64,000 nt of DNA, from assembly GCA_963748935.1 (NCBI GenBank), contig CAVVLA010000002.1, forward strand, positions 14,113-78,112. Direction: 5' to 3'. Of this stretch, positions 1-7,707 are shown piece after piece. Made by a program: the position numbers and the translations under genes. Origin of the DNA: Terriglobia bacterium (GTDB lineage: Bacteria; Acidobacteriota; Terriglobia; Terriglobales; Acidobacteriaceae). Position 1 is the stretch's first letter. Every line of letters starts with the position of its first letter. The notes under the pieces were generated by a model. That model saw only the letters and a program-made list of their open reading frames with translations. It had not been told where the DNA came from and searched no databases.

Positions 1-253
1 ACATTTCGACCATGTAGTCGTGCAGGCAGTCGTAAAGCTGGCGCTGAAACCCCCACTCGAACTGAGCATGATCAAGGTCCCGGGGATGAAGTTCGAAGAG
101 ATAGATGTGCACCGGGACTGGCGGATTCTTGAAATTTATAACGACCTCCACCCCTTCGCCTTTGGCTCGGGCGGAGAAATCCAGAAGCGGATGTTCGTAG
201 AGACGGAGTTGGTCCAGCACACGTTCTAGACGCAGGTTTGGATCATCGGTCAC
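1..253 (-). CDS. hypothetical protein, C-terminal part beyond window start (strand assignment uncertain)
   Basis: Minus strand is open from GTG (251-253) to the window edge: VTDDPNLRLERVLDQLRLYEHPLLDFSARAKGEGVEVVINFKNPPVPVHIYLFELHPRDLDHAQFEWGFQRQLYDCLHDYMVEM. The antisense + ORF 20-229 is also open. No SD seen and no family recognised. Confidence 0.3.
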   Translation of the reverse strand, partial: MTDDPNLRLERVLDQLRLYEHPLLDFSARAKGEGVEVVINFKNPPVPVHIYLFELHPRDLDHAQFEWGFQRQLYDCLHDYMVEM

Positions 254-355
254 AGAACGATTCTAACGGGAGTGGTGAAAATGTGCGTTGCGGCGCAGAA
301 GATTCAAGGAGAGCTTTCTAAAACCAGTTGTCAGATTTCAGTTCTCGGTTCTCAG

Positions 356-1594
356 CTACTCGTATCTGAGGGCTTCGATGGGATCGAGCTTTGCGGCTTT
401 GATGGCGGGCAGCATACCGCTGACTATGCCCACGAAACTTAGAATGCCTGTCGACCAGATGAGAGTGGCGGCGTCAATTTTCAGGTGAATATCGCCTTCG
501 CCTGCGCCCTCTTCGAATGCGCTCCAAAGGGTCAGCGGGGGAACTGACCACGAGACCAAGTAGGCAAACCCCACGCCCAGCACCCCCCCCAGAGCGGTAA
601 TGACCATGGCCTCAGCCAGGAACTGGAACAGGATGTGCCAGCGGTGAGCACCCAGGGCTTTTTCCACGCCGATCTCGCGGGTACGCTGGGTCACGGAAAC
701 CAGCATGATGTTCATCAGCCCGACGCCGCCGATCCCGAGCGTCAGTAGACCGATGAAGCCGAGCATGATTTTGATTCCGGTAGTAATGACCCGCAGATCG
801 AGCAGGTCAGCGAACACGTCGAACACAAAGACGGCTCGTTCGTCTTTAGGATCGAAGCCGTGGTGGAAGGCCATGGAATTTCGCAACGCCTTGACCACCT
901 TGGCATTGTCGCCCTCGTATTCCATGACAATCGAATTCAGGTAAAACGTGTCCTTCAGATCGCTCATAGCGCTGAAAGGCACGTAGATGTGCTGGTTCAG
1001 GTTGTCGTCGCTGTTATTAATGACGTGCTTGAGTACGCCCACGATCTGGTAAGAGATGCCGTCCACCCGAATTTTCTCACCGATTGCGTTCTGGCCGGAA
1101 AAAAGCTTCTTCTTGGCATCGGCTCCGATAAAAGCCACGCGAGAATGAGTGAAGTCCTCGGCTTCGCCGAAGGGAGATCCTTCCTCAAATTCCATGCGGC
1201 GCATGCGGGGATAGATTGCATAGACGCCGCTCACGCCGTAACTGGCGCTGCGCGTGCCCCAGGCCACAGTGCATTGCTTGAATACCTCGGGGGAAAGGCG
1301 CTTGAGCAGGGGGACTTCGTCGCGGATGTAATCCAAGTCCTTGACGGTGAGCCGGATCTCGCTGCCTGCCTTAGTACCGCCGGCCTGCAATGAAGTGCGT
1401 CCGGGAAACACGAAAACCAGATTGGTTCCAAAAGAGCGGAACGCCACCCACAAGCCGCGCTCAAAACCGGAGCCGTAGGCCAGAAGGAGGACCACGGTCG
1501 CGATGCCCCATGCCATTCCCAGCATGGTGAGGATGCTGCGCCGCTTGTTGTGGCGTAACGCGCTATAAGCTTGTGATCCCAGCTCACCAAGCAC
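356..1594 (-). CDS. ABC transporter permease, MacB/FtsX family
   Basis: 412-aa ORF. N-terminal TM helix, large periplasmic domain and C-terminal FtsX-type helices with TQRTREIGVEKALGA motif. 2-nt gap to the upstream paralogue. Confidence 0.9.
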   Translation of the reverse strand: MLGELGSQAYSALRHNKRRSILTMLGMAWGIATVVLLLAYGSGFERGLWVAFRSFGTNLVFVFPGRTSLQAGGTKAGSEIRLTVKDLDYIRDEVPLLKRLSPEVFKQCTVAWGTRSASYGVSGVYAIYPRMRRMEFEEGSPFGEAEDFTHSRVAFIGADAKKKLFSGQNAIGEKIRVDGISYQIVGVLKHVINNSDDNLNQHIYVPFSAMSDLKDTFYLNSIVMEYEGDNAKVVKALRNSMAFHHGFDPKDERAVFVFDVFADLLDLRVITTGIKIMLGFIGLLTLGIGGVGLMNIMLVSVTQRTREIGVEKALGAHRWHILFQFLAEAMVITALGGVLGVGFAYLVSWSVPPLTLWSAFEEGAGEGDIHLKIDAATLIWSTGILSFVGIVSGMLPAIKAAKLDPIEALRYE

Positions 1595-1596
1595 GG

Positions 1597-2844
1597 CTAT
1601 TCCTGCCTCATGGCTTCAACCGGAGCCAGCAGCGCGGCCTTGCGGGCGGGATAGATACCGGCGATGACGCCGGCCAGCGCCAGCGAAAAGATGGCGGCGG
1701 CGGCAGAAGTCGGCACGATACGCGGGGTGTCGAAGCCCTGCGGAGCCGGTAACTGCGCCAACGCGGTAACGAAGACCGTGGCGATTAACAACCCGATGCC
1801 TCCGCTGAAGAGAGTGAGAAAGGCGCCTTCAATGAAGAACTGGGTCAGGATATTTTTATAAGTCGCGCCCAGGGCTTTGCGCAAACCTATTTCACGGGTT
1901 CGCTCGGCAACCGAGACCAGCATGATATTGACTATGCCGATCGCTCCCAGCGCCAGGGTTACAAAACCAACGACGCCGAGGAAATAGTCCATGGCATCGA
2001 ATATCTTGTCCACGCGCTGCGAGTTTTCAATCGTGTCCCAGTCCTCAAAGGCATCTTCTAGTTTGGGATCGAATCCGTGACGCCGAGCGATGATCTGGTG
2101 AATCTCCTCCTTCGAACTAATGTGAGCGGCCTTGTCCAGCGGACGGTAGTTAATAAAGGAAAGCGCACTTTCGGAGTTCTCTTGCTTCAAAGGAAACAGG
2201 TTGCGCATGGTTTCGACCGGAACGAATATGCGGGCATTGGTTCCGTTGTTGCCATCCTTCCCCACCTTGGCCAGCACTCCGATGATGTCAAAGCGAATGC
2301 CATTCAGAAGCATGGTGGCGCCGACGGCCGGACGCCCGGGAAAGACATTCTTCAACAACTCCCATCCGACCACCGCGACCCGGCGGTGCTCGGTGTTGTC
2401 CTCATCATTAAACCAGCGGCCAGTTCCGACCGGCACTGTACGGATCTGGTTATATTCCGGGGTCACACCGAATACCTGGCCGTTGGTGGACCCGTAATCA
2501 CTGACCGCGCGAATGTCCTCGCGATTGATCACCGGCGATAAGGCCCGCAGAGTGCGAGCTTCATTGCGGATCGCGATGTAGTCTTCGTAGGTAAAGTGAT
2601 ATGTCTGGCCAGATTGCAGACTACCCGCCACCGCCGGAATCCTGCCCGGAAAGACGAACATGATGTCCTGCCCGAGAGTCGCCAGATTTCGCACCTGGCC
2701 ACTGCGGAAACCCTCTCCCAAACCCACAAGCAACAGCAGCGATCCAACGCCCCAGGCAATGCCGAACATGGTAAGGAAAGAACGCAGCTTGTGCGCCCAT
2801 AAGGTGGCCAGGGATTGGCGAACGATCTCGAAAAGCACGTGCAT
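1597..2844 (-). CDS. ABC transporter permease, MacB/FtsX family
   Basis: 415-aa ORF with the same architecture as the neighbour (AERTREIGLRKALGA). Tandem paralogues; no ATPase gene in the window. Confidence 0.9.
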   Translation of the reverse strand: MHVLFEIVRQSLATLWAHKLRSFLTMFGIAWGVGSLLLLVGLGEGFRSGQVRNLATLGQDIMFVFPGRIPAVAGSLQSGQTYHFTYEDYIAIRNEARTLRALSPVINREDIRAVSDYGSTNGQVFGVTPEYNQIRTVPVGTGRWFNDEDNTEHRRVAVVGWELLKNVFPGRPAVGATMLLNGIRFDIIGVLAKVGKDGNNGTNARIFVPVETMRNLFPLKQENSESALSFINYRPLDKAAHISSKEEIHQIIARRHGFDPKLEDAFEDWDTIENSQRVDKIFDAMDYFLGVVGFVTLALGAIGIVNIMLVSVAERTREIGLRKALGATYKNILTQFFIEGAFLTLFSGGIGLLIATVFVTALAQLPAPQGFDTPRIVPTSAAAAIFSLALAGVIAGIYPARKAALLAPVEAMRQE

Positions 2845-3100
2845 AAGCTTAGCGCGTTATCGGCCACTGGAAAAGGCTTGCGAGGCTCAGAGCGTACCCC
2901 AGGTCAACCCGCCATAACCTCTGTCTCTGTTACGTTCCCCAGCGGGCGAAGGTTCCCCTGATTTTCCAGCCTAAGCTTTAGACCGGGCTGCAACCGAAAG
3001 GATAGCCGCCTTCCATGCTGGCGGCCCGTTGCTATCCAGCCCCGAAGCCGGGCGTCTAAACGACCGTTCCGATTCGTCCATGCCCAGGTTCAGCTGAGAA

Positions 3101-4210
3101 ATGTTCGTTAAGAAATACAACTTAGATGGGGAGGCTTGTGCCGTGCTCAAACTACTTGTGCGTACTCTGCTTGTAATTGAAGGTGTGTTGATGTTCGGGT
3201 CGATGGGGCAAGCCCAGTCTTTCGTTCTTGAGCTGCCGCGGCCTAGCCAGCATGCGATGATAACCCAGCGCATTGGCATCACCGATATCACTATCAACTA
3301 CCATCGGCCCATGGTGAACAAACGAAAAGTCTGGGGAGGGCTAGTGCCTTACGGGCAAGTCTGGCGTGCCGGAGCCAACGAAAATACCGTTATTAAGTTT
3401 ACTGATCCGGTGACCATCGAAGACAAACCGCTGCCTAAAGGAAGCTACGGGCTGCACATGATTCCCGGTGAAAATGAGTGGACCATCATTTTTTCCAAGA
3501 ACTCAACTTCCTGGGGCAGCTTCACCTACGACCAGGCCGAAGATGCGCTTCGGGTCACGGTCAAGCCTCAGCCTGCAGAGTTTCATGAAGCCCTGGCTTA
3601 CGACTTCGACGACGTGAAACCCGATTCCTCAGTGGTCACACTACGTTGGGAAAAGGTTGCTGTTCCTTTCAAGGTCGGAGTGAACACCCATGAAATCGTC
3701 GAACAGAACCTGCACAACCAGCTCCGCGGGCTCTCCCAATACACCTGGGAGGGATGGGACGATGCCGCAAACTATCTGCTGCAGGAGAAGATCGCTCTGG
3801 ACGAGGCGTTGAAATATTCCGACAAGTCGATCCAAAACGAAGCGCGCTATGACAATTTCATGACCAAGTCCCAAGTGCTCGATGCCTTGAGCCGGAAGGA
3901 AGAAGCTACAGCAGCACGCAACAAGGCACTGAGCATGGCCAATGCGGTCCAACTCCACGGCTATGCGCGCCAGCTACAAATTGGCGGCAAACAGGACGAA
4001 GCTTTCGCCATTTTCCGGGACAATGCCAAGAAAAATCCCGATCAGTGGATCGTGCACGTAGGTCTGTCACGGATGTACTCTGCCCAGGGCGATTTCGCCA
4101 ATGCAGTCAAGGAGATGAACGTCGCTGCTGCCGGCGCTCCGGATGGACAGAAGCAGCCGCTGCAGGCGTTCGCGAAGCGTCTCGAGGCAAAAGAGGACAT
4201 CAATAAATAG
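3101..4210 (+). CDS. DUF2911 domain protein with C-terminal TPR-like region, secreted
   Basis: Motifs ITINYHRPMVNKRKVWGGLVPYGQVWRAGANENT and GSYGLHMIPGENEWTIIFSKN are typical of DUF2911. Signal-peptide-like N-terminus. A GTG at 3143 preceded by GGGGAGG is a likelier start than ATG 3101. Confidence 0.8.
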   Translation: MFVKKYNLDGEACAVLKLLVRTLLVIEGVLMFGSMGQAQSFVLELPRPSQHAMITQRIGITDITINYHRPMVNKRKVWGGLVPYGQVWRAGANENTVIKFTDPVTIEDKPLPKGSYGLHMIPGENEWTIIFSKNSTSWGSFTYDQAEDALRVTVKPQPAEFHEALAYDFDDVKPDSSVVTLRWEKVAVPFKVGVNTHEIVEQNLHNQLRGLSQYTWEGWDDAANYLLQEKIALDEALKYSDKSIQNEARYDNFMTKSQVLDALSRKEEATAARNKALSMANAVQLHGYARQLQIGGKQDEAFAIFRDNAKKNPDQWIVHVGLSRMYSAQGDFANAVKEMNVAAAGAPDGQKQPLQAFAKRLEAKEDINK

Positions 4211-4224
4211 AGTTCAAACCAATA

Positions 4225-4303
4225 AACCACAAAGGGCATGAAGTATCACGAAGACTCAAGTTTTAAGCGGTTTCCTTCGTGTACCTTCGTGCCCTTTGTG
4301 GTT
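4225..4303. repeat. 79-bp imperfect palindrome built from two inverted copies of the AACCACAAAGGGCAYGAAG...CACGAAG repeat (family C)
   Basis: Arms 4225-4253 and 4275-4303 are reverse complements with few mismatches. Single arms recur at 23776-23805 and 35238-35267. Confidence 0.85.
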
Positions 4304-4337
4304 AACGTTCGTATGGCACGATTTTTTTCCCCTCCGG

Positions 4338-4379
4338 GGGCGGGACGCCCTCGGGACAGCCGGCGAGACGCCGGCGCTA
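4338..4379. repeat. REP-like GC hairpins (GGGCG-GGA-CGCCC; GCCGGCG-AGA-CGCCGGC followed by GCTA)
   Basis: Two short perfect hairpins. The about 45-nt composite recurs at 27937-27979. Confidence 0.8.
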
Positions 4380-4961
4380 TGGCAAAATTCCGGCGTCATC
4401 CTTGACGACGATCACTTCCCTGCCCATGCGTTTGCCGACCTCCGCCGCGACGGCAAGGGTATCGTCGTCGGTCTCCAGGCCGCGAATAATCTCCAGACGG
4501 CCTGTCCCCTTGGGATCAGCAAAGCGCATGCCTACGCAATTCTTTGCGCGATAGGTGACGCGGGCAACCTCGGTGATGCTGAGTGCAACCAGGTTGGAAA
4601 CAAGAATCGCTCCCGGACGGCAAATCTTGTCGAGCAAAGTGAATATTTCGATCTTCGATTCCAACTCCTCCGGTCCAGCCTCGATGACCAGGTCAACCTG
4701 ACGGGCCGCGTCTTCAACGCTGCCAGCAAATTCCAGGCGGGAGAAGACAGCGTCGGCCGCATCCGGCGAAAGGCTGCCTGATTTTATGGATTGATCGAGG
4801 TTGGTGCGAAGTTCGATTTCGGCGCGGCGCAGAGCGTTGGGTAAAAGATCCTCCAGAATAGTGCGATAGCCGCCCGTCGCCGCCGCCAGAGCGATGTCTC
4901 GGCCCACCTTTCCGGCGCCAATGACGCCGATGGCACGGATCAGGGGCCGAACTCCAGGCAC
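4377..4961 (-). CDS. 3-hydroxyacyl-CoA dehydrogenase NAD-binding domain protein (lacks the C-terminal domain)
   Basis: GVIGAGKVG Rossmann motif and overall 3HCDH_N pattern. The ORF stops at ...VVKDDAGILP, where full-length enzymes continue (PGF..NR). The stop codon lies at the REP repeat. GTG start overlaps the stop of the upstream small ORF. Confidence 0.75.
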   Translation of the reverse strand: MPGVRPLIRAIGVIGAGKVGRDIALAAATGGYRTILEDLLPNALRRAEIELRTNLDQSIKSGSLSPDAADAVFSRLEFAGSVEDAARQVDLVIEAGPEELESKIEIFTLLDKICRPGAILVSNLVALSITEVARVTYRAKNCVGMRFADPKGTGRLEIIRGLETDDDTLAVAAEVGKRMGREVIVVKDDAGILP

Positions 4962-5146
4962 TACTGCCCCTTTTCCAGCTGTCCTAACACTGCGTTGAGG
5001 TTGGTATTGGCGGTGCGTATATTTTCAGCGAGTCGCTTGCGTTCCTCCGGGTCCATCAGCGGGATGGAGGCGCTGATACGGCGCAGCGTTGTGTTGATGT
5101 CGTCGACGTAGTTGATGAGACGGATGAGTTCTCCGGTAGCTGCCAT
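4961..5146 (-). CDS. small hypothetical protein (61 aa), helical
   Basis: Stop TAG overlaps the GTG start of the downstream gene (TAGTG), suggesting translational coupling. No family recognised. Confidence 0.35.
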   Translation of the reverse strand: MAATGELIRLINYVDDINTTLRRISASIPLMDPEERKRLAENIRTANTNLNAVLGQLEKGQ

Positions 5147-5281
5147 AATTAGACCTGCTCCTGTTGCCCGCTATTCGGGCGATGACGCTGCTGCCTGATG
5201 GGTTATACGCAATTGCACGCTGCGTTCGATGTACCATTCTCAACGGTCGGGAAGGTTTAGTAAAGGCAGGCAGGTAACTCC

Positions 5282-5731
5282 TCAGTGCAGGACGGGGGTT
5301 GCGTTCGTGGCCACGCACACCCACTTCCCGCCGCGGTAAAGCCAGGTATCGACAAATCGCTCCCTCCGCACATAGGACTTCCCCGCTTCTGTTCCTTTCG
5401 CTCGAAACACTCCGCTCGCGATGGCGACATTTCCAAATACGTGGACGCTCATTGATTCCGGCGCAACCTGCTGCTCCTGGGAACTGACGGCCTTGGTGAT
5501 GCCGGCCAGGAACTCAGCTTTGGTCTGCACCGAGCCATCATCGTTAATCAACACAATGTCCTTGTCGAGAATTGCATCCAGCGCGCGCCTGTCTCCAGCC
5601 TTGTAAGCCTGGTTCCAGGCTTTTTCCAGGGCCACTATTCTCGATTGAACTCCAGAATCGTCATCGTTCTGCGCCGGGGCGAACAGCACCGTCGCGCAAA
5701 CCAAAGCGATCAAGAGGCCGGTCCATCTCAT
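5282..5731 (-). CDS. SnoaL-like/DUF4440 (NTF2-fold) protein with signal peptide
   Basis: 149 aa. N-terminal hydrophobic signal, then ALEKAWNQAYKAGDRRALDAILDKDIVLINDDG and a C-terminal FVDTWLYRGGKWVCVA pattern typical of DUF4440. Confidence 0.75.
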   Translation of the reverse strand: MRWTGLLIALVCATVLFAPAQNDDDSGVQSRIVALEKAWNQAYKAGDRRALDAILDKDIVLINDDGSVQTKAEFLAGITKAVSSQEQQVAPESMSVHVFGNVAIASGVFRAKGTEAGKSYVRRERFVDTWLYRGGKWVCVATNATPVLH

Positions 5732-5918
5732 CGAATATTCCTATGCGAGTATAGGACCACCGCGAGCCTCTCCGGCGGCGACAAACTCATTGTCACAACA
5801 CGGAGGTAACCACTTTCATTGGCTTGACTTATGGGCTACAAATCGGCGGCTAACTTTGGTAATAGCTGCTATCAGTGTTATTTATCGGTCATCCGGGTTT
5901 CTGGTGAATCTAATATCC

Positions 5919-6767
5919 ATGACAGATAAACCTTTAAAGCACTACTTTTTTGCCAGCGATTTCGATCAGACGCTTACGTTCGACGATTCGGGATACGTGT
6001 TGAGCGAACTGGTTGGCATCCCGACCGCCGAATTTGAACGCAAGGCACAGGGTATGGCCAAGCTAAACCTGGTGCAGCAGGGCGCCGAGCTGGCCTACCT
6101 GCTGCTGCACGATCCCGAATTCCGGGCCAAGGTGCGCAAAGAGCATCTGTACGAAGTGGGGAAGAACATCCGCCTGAAGGACAACATCGAGTTGCTCTAT
6201 CAAATTCTTAAGCATGGGGTGGATGGTTATCGCTTCGATTTTTATGTGCTTTCTGCGTCCCCGGTTGAGGTAATTCAATCGGCGCTCGAAGGCATTGTGC
6301 CCAGGGATCACATCTACGGCACCGAATTCGTATACAGCGCCAAGGGCGAGATTGAGAGCCTGGTGCGGGCGACGGCCGGCTATGGCAAGGTGGCTGCACT
6401 CGACCAATTGCAGGCGCAATTGCAGATCGGGCCGGACCACATCATCTATACCGGTGACGGCAGCTCGGACATCAACGTGATGCTGCATGTGAAGATGCGC
6501 GACGGATTCACCATCGCGGTGTCTGAGGCCAAGCACGTCTCGCAAGTAGCCCGGCGGACGGTGTTGAGCACCAACGCCCTGGCTGTGCTGGGACCCATCC
6601 TGGAGGAGACAGTAGGCTGGGAGCGCGCCCGCATTCGGCAGTTCTTCGAGTCGTACGGAATCCTGATTCAGGAATGGGACAGCGTGCGAACCGACTGGCT
6701 GACGCTGCGTCCGGCGATAAAACCCGCGACAAAAGAAGAGTCCCAGACCGTGGCGGCCACGGTCTGA
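5919..6767 (+). CDS. HAD-superfamily hydrolase (phosphoserine-phosphatase-like)
   Basis: DxD motif FASDFDQTLT near the N-terminus and GDGSSD motif IV. ATG 5919 chosen over the upstream alternative start at 5790. Confidence 0.8.
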   Translation: MTDKPLKHYFFASDFDQTLTFDDSGYVLSELVGIPTAEFERKAQGMAKLNLVQQGAELAYLLLHDPEFRAKVRKEHLYEVGKNIRLKDNIELLYQILKHGVDGYRFDFYVLSASPVEVIQSALEGIVPRDHIYGTEFVYSAKGEIESLVRATAGYGKVAALDQLQAQLQIGPDHIIYTGDGSSDINVMLHVKMRDGFTIAVSEAKHVSQVARRTVLSTNALAVLGPILEETVGWERARIRQFFESYGILIQEWDSVRTDWLTLRPAIKPATKEESQTVAATV

Positions 6768-6780
6768 CCAGACTGCTAAA

Positions 6781-6873
6781 TGTGGGCGCGAGCGTCCTCG
6801 CTCGTGCATCGGTCGGCACGAACGCTCTCTTCTGGTGCATCGGTCGGCACGAGCGACGACGCTCGCGCCCACA
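6781..6873. repeat. REPIN-like doublet: two inverted REP hairpins (TGTGGGCGCGAGCG... / ...CGCTCGCGCCCACA) around an 18-nt direct repeat
   Basis: Hairpins at 6786-6806 and 6847-6868. Direct repeat GTGCATCGGTCGGCACGA at 6803-6820 and 6835-6852. Outer 14 nt are perfectly complementary. Confidence 0.85.
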
Positions 6874-6936
6874 CCAGCTGGAACAAATAGGAGACTGGTT
6901 GCGCATTTGACTGCCGTGCGCTGACAATAGGTAAAC

Positions 6937-7431
6937 ATGCTACGCGATAAGAACCTTATCCCGCTCTCTCACCAGCACCAGCACTGCCTGGCGCTGTGCG
7001 TCCGCCTGGACCGGGCGATCCAGGCTGGAGAGGTCGACCTGGAGGCATGGCAGGCCGAGATTCAGCAGATATTCGAGCAGGAAATCACCTTTCATTTTGC
7101 CGCCGAGGAGAAAGAGCTGTTTCCTGCAGCAGCGAAGTTTTCCGAGCTGCAGCCACTGGTCCAGGAGCTGATCACCGGACACGCACTGCTGCGCGACTTT
7201 TTTTCGCGTGCCGCCGCTCGCAAGCTCCACGCCGCGGGACTGCAGGCACTCGTGGAAAAACTGGCATCCCACATCCGCAAGGAAGAACGCGAACTGTTCG
7301 AAGGAATGCAGCGGCGGATGACGCCGGAAGAGCTGTCCGCGGTGGGTGCGGCCCTGCAGCGGGCGCTAACGGACGCTTCGAATGCATGCATCCTGCCCAA
7401 CGCCGCCACCAAGTTGCGCCCCAGGCAATAA
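6937..7431 (+). CDS. hemerythrin-like (HHE cation-binding) domain protein
   Basis: 164 aa. H/E-rich helical pattern (HQHQH..., FHFAAEEKELFP, HIRKEERELFEGM) resembles hemerythrin-like domains. Confidence 0.6.
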   Translation: MLRDKNLIPLSHQHQHCLALCVRLDRAIQAGEVDLEAWQAEIQQIFEQEITFHFAAEEKELFPAAAKFSELQPLVQELITGHALLRDFFSRAAARKLHAAGLQALVEKLASHIRKEERELFEGMQRRMTPEELSAVGAALQRALTDASNACILPNAATKLRPRQ

Positions 7432-7449
7432 CGTCATCCTCCCATCCAA

Positions 7450-7646
7450 CTGTCATCCTGAGCGGAGTAAACCGATTCGGAACGAATCGGTTTACGCAGT
7501 CGAAGGACCCCTACCTGTGCAAGAACGTCTCAAGGGATTTTGTATGCAGTTGCGCGGCTGCACGCAGCAGATCAGAGGAAAGGGATCCTTCGACTCCGTG
7601 GTTGCTTTCGTAAACGAAAGCAAATACTGCGCTCAGGATGACAGGG
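7450..7646. mobile_element. 197-bp MITE-like element: two inverted family-A units (CTGTCATCCTGAGCG head, hairpin, AGTCGAAGGA tail)
   Basis: Left unit 7450-7516 has a 13-bp perfect hairpin (7467-7495). Right unit 7582-7646 is inverted, with a 9-bp hairpin (7602-7623). Extra half-head GTCATCCT at 7433-7440. Confidence 0.7.
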
Positions 7647-7707
7647 GTTTGGGGAACCGAGCGGCAGCGCGCTGAATCCCAGACGTCATTTCTTTCATCT
7701 AGCAATC

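Noticed and set aside
20-229. 69-aa plus-strand ORF at the window start
   Set aside because: It is the exact antisense of an equally open minus-strand frame that reads more protein-like. Neither has a recognisable family or SD. I kept only a low-confidence minus-strand call.
6063-6938. Long antisense or alternative-frame ORFs in the track (for example 6063-6938, 11115-11966, 13678-14562, 16475-17224, 23071-24300, 36208-37497, 40644-41435, 47005-47805, 49542-50327)
   Set aside because: Each lies opposite or out of frame to a gene with clear family motifs. Their translations are Arg/Gly/His-rich low-information sequence typical of shadow ORFs in GC-rich DNA.
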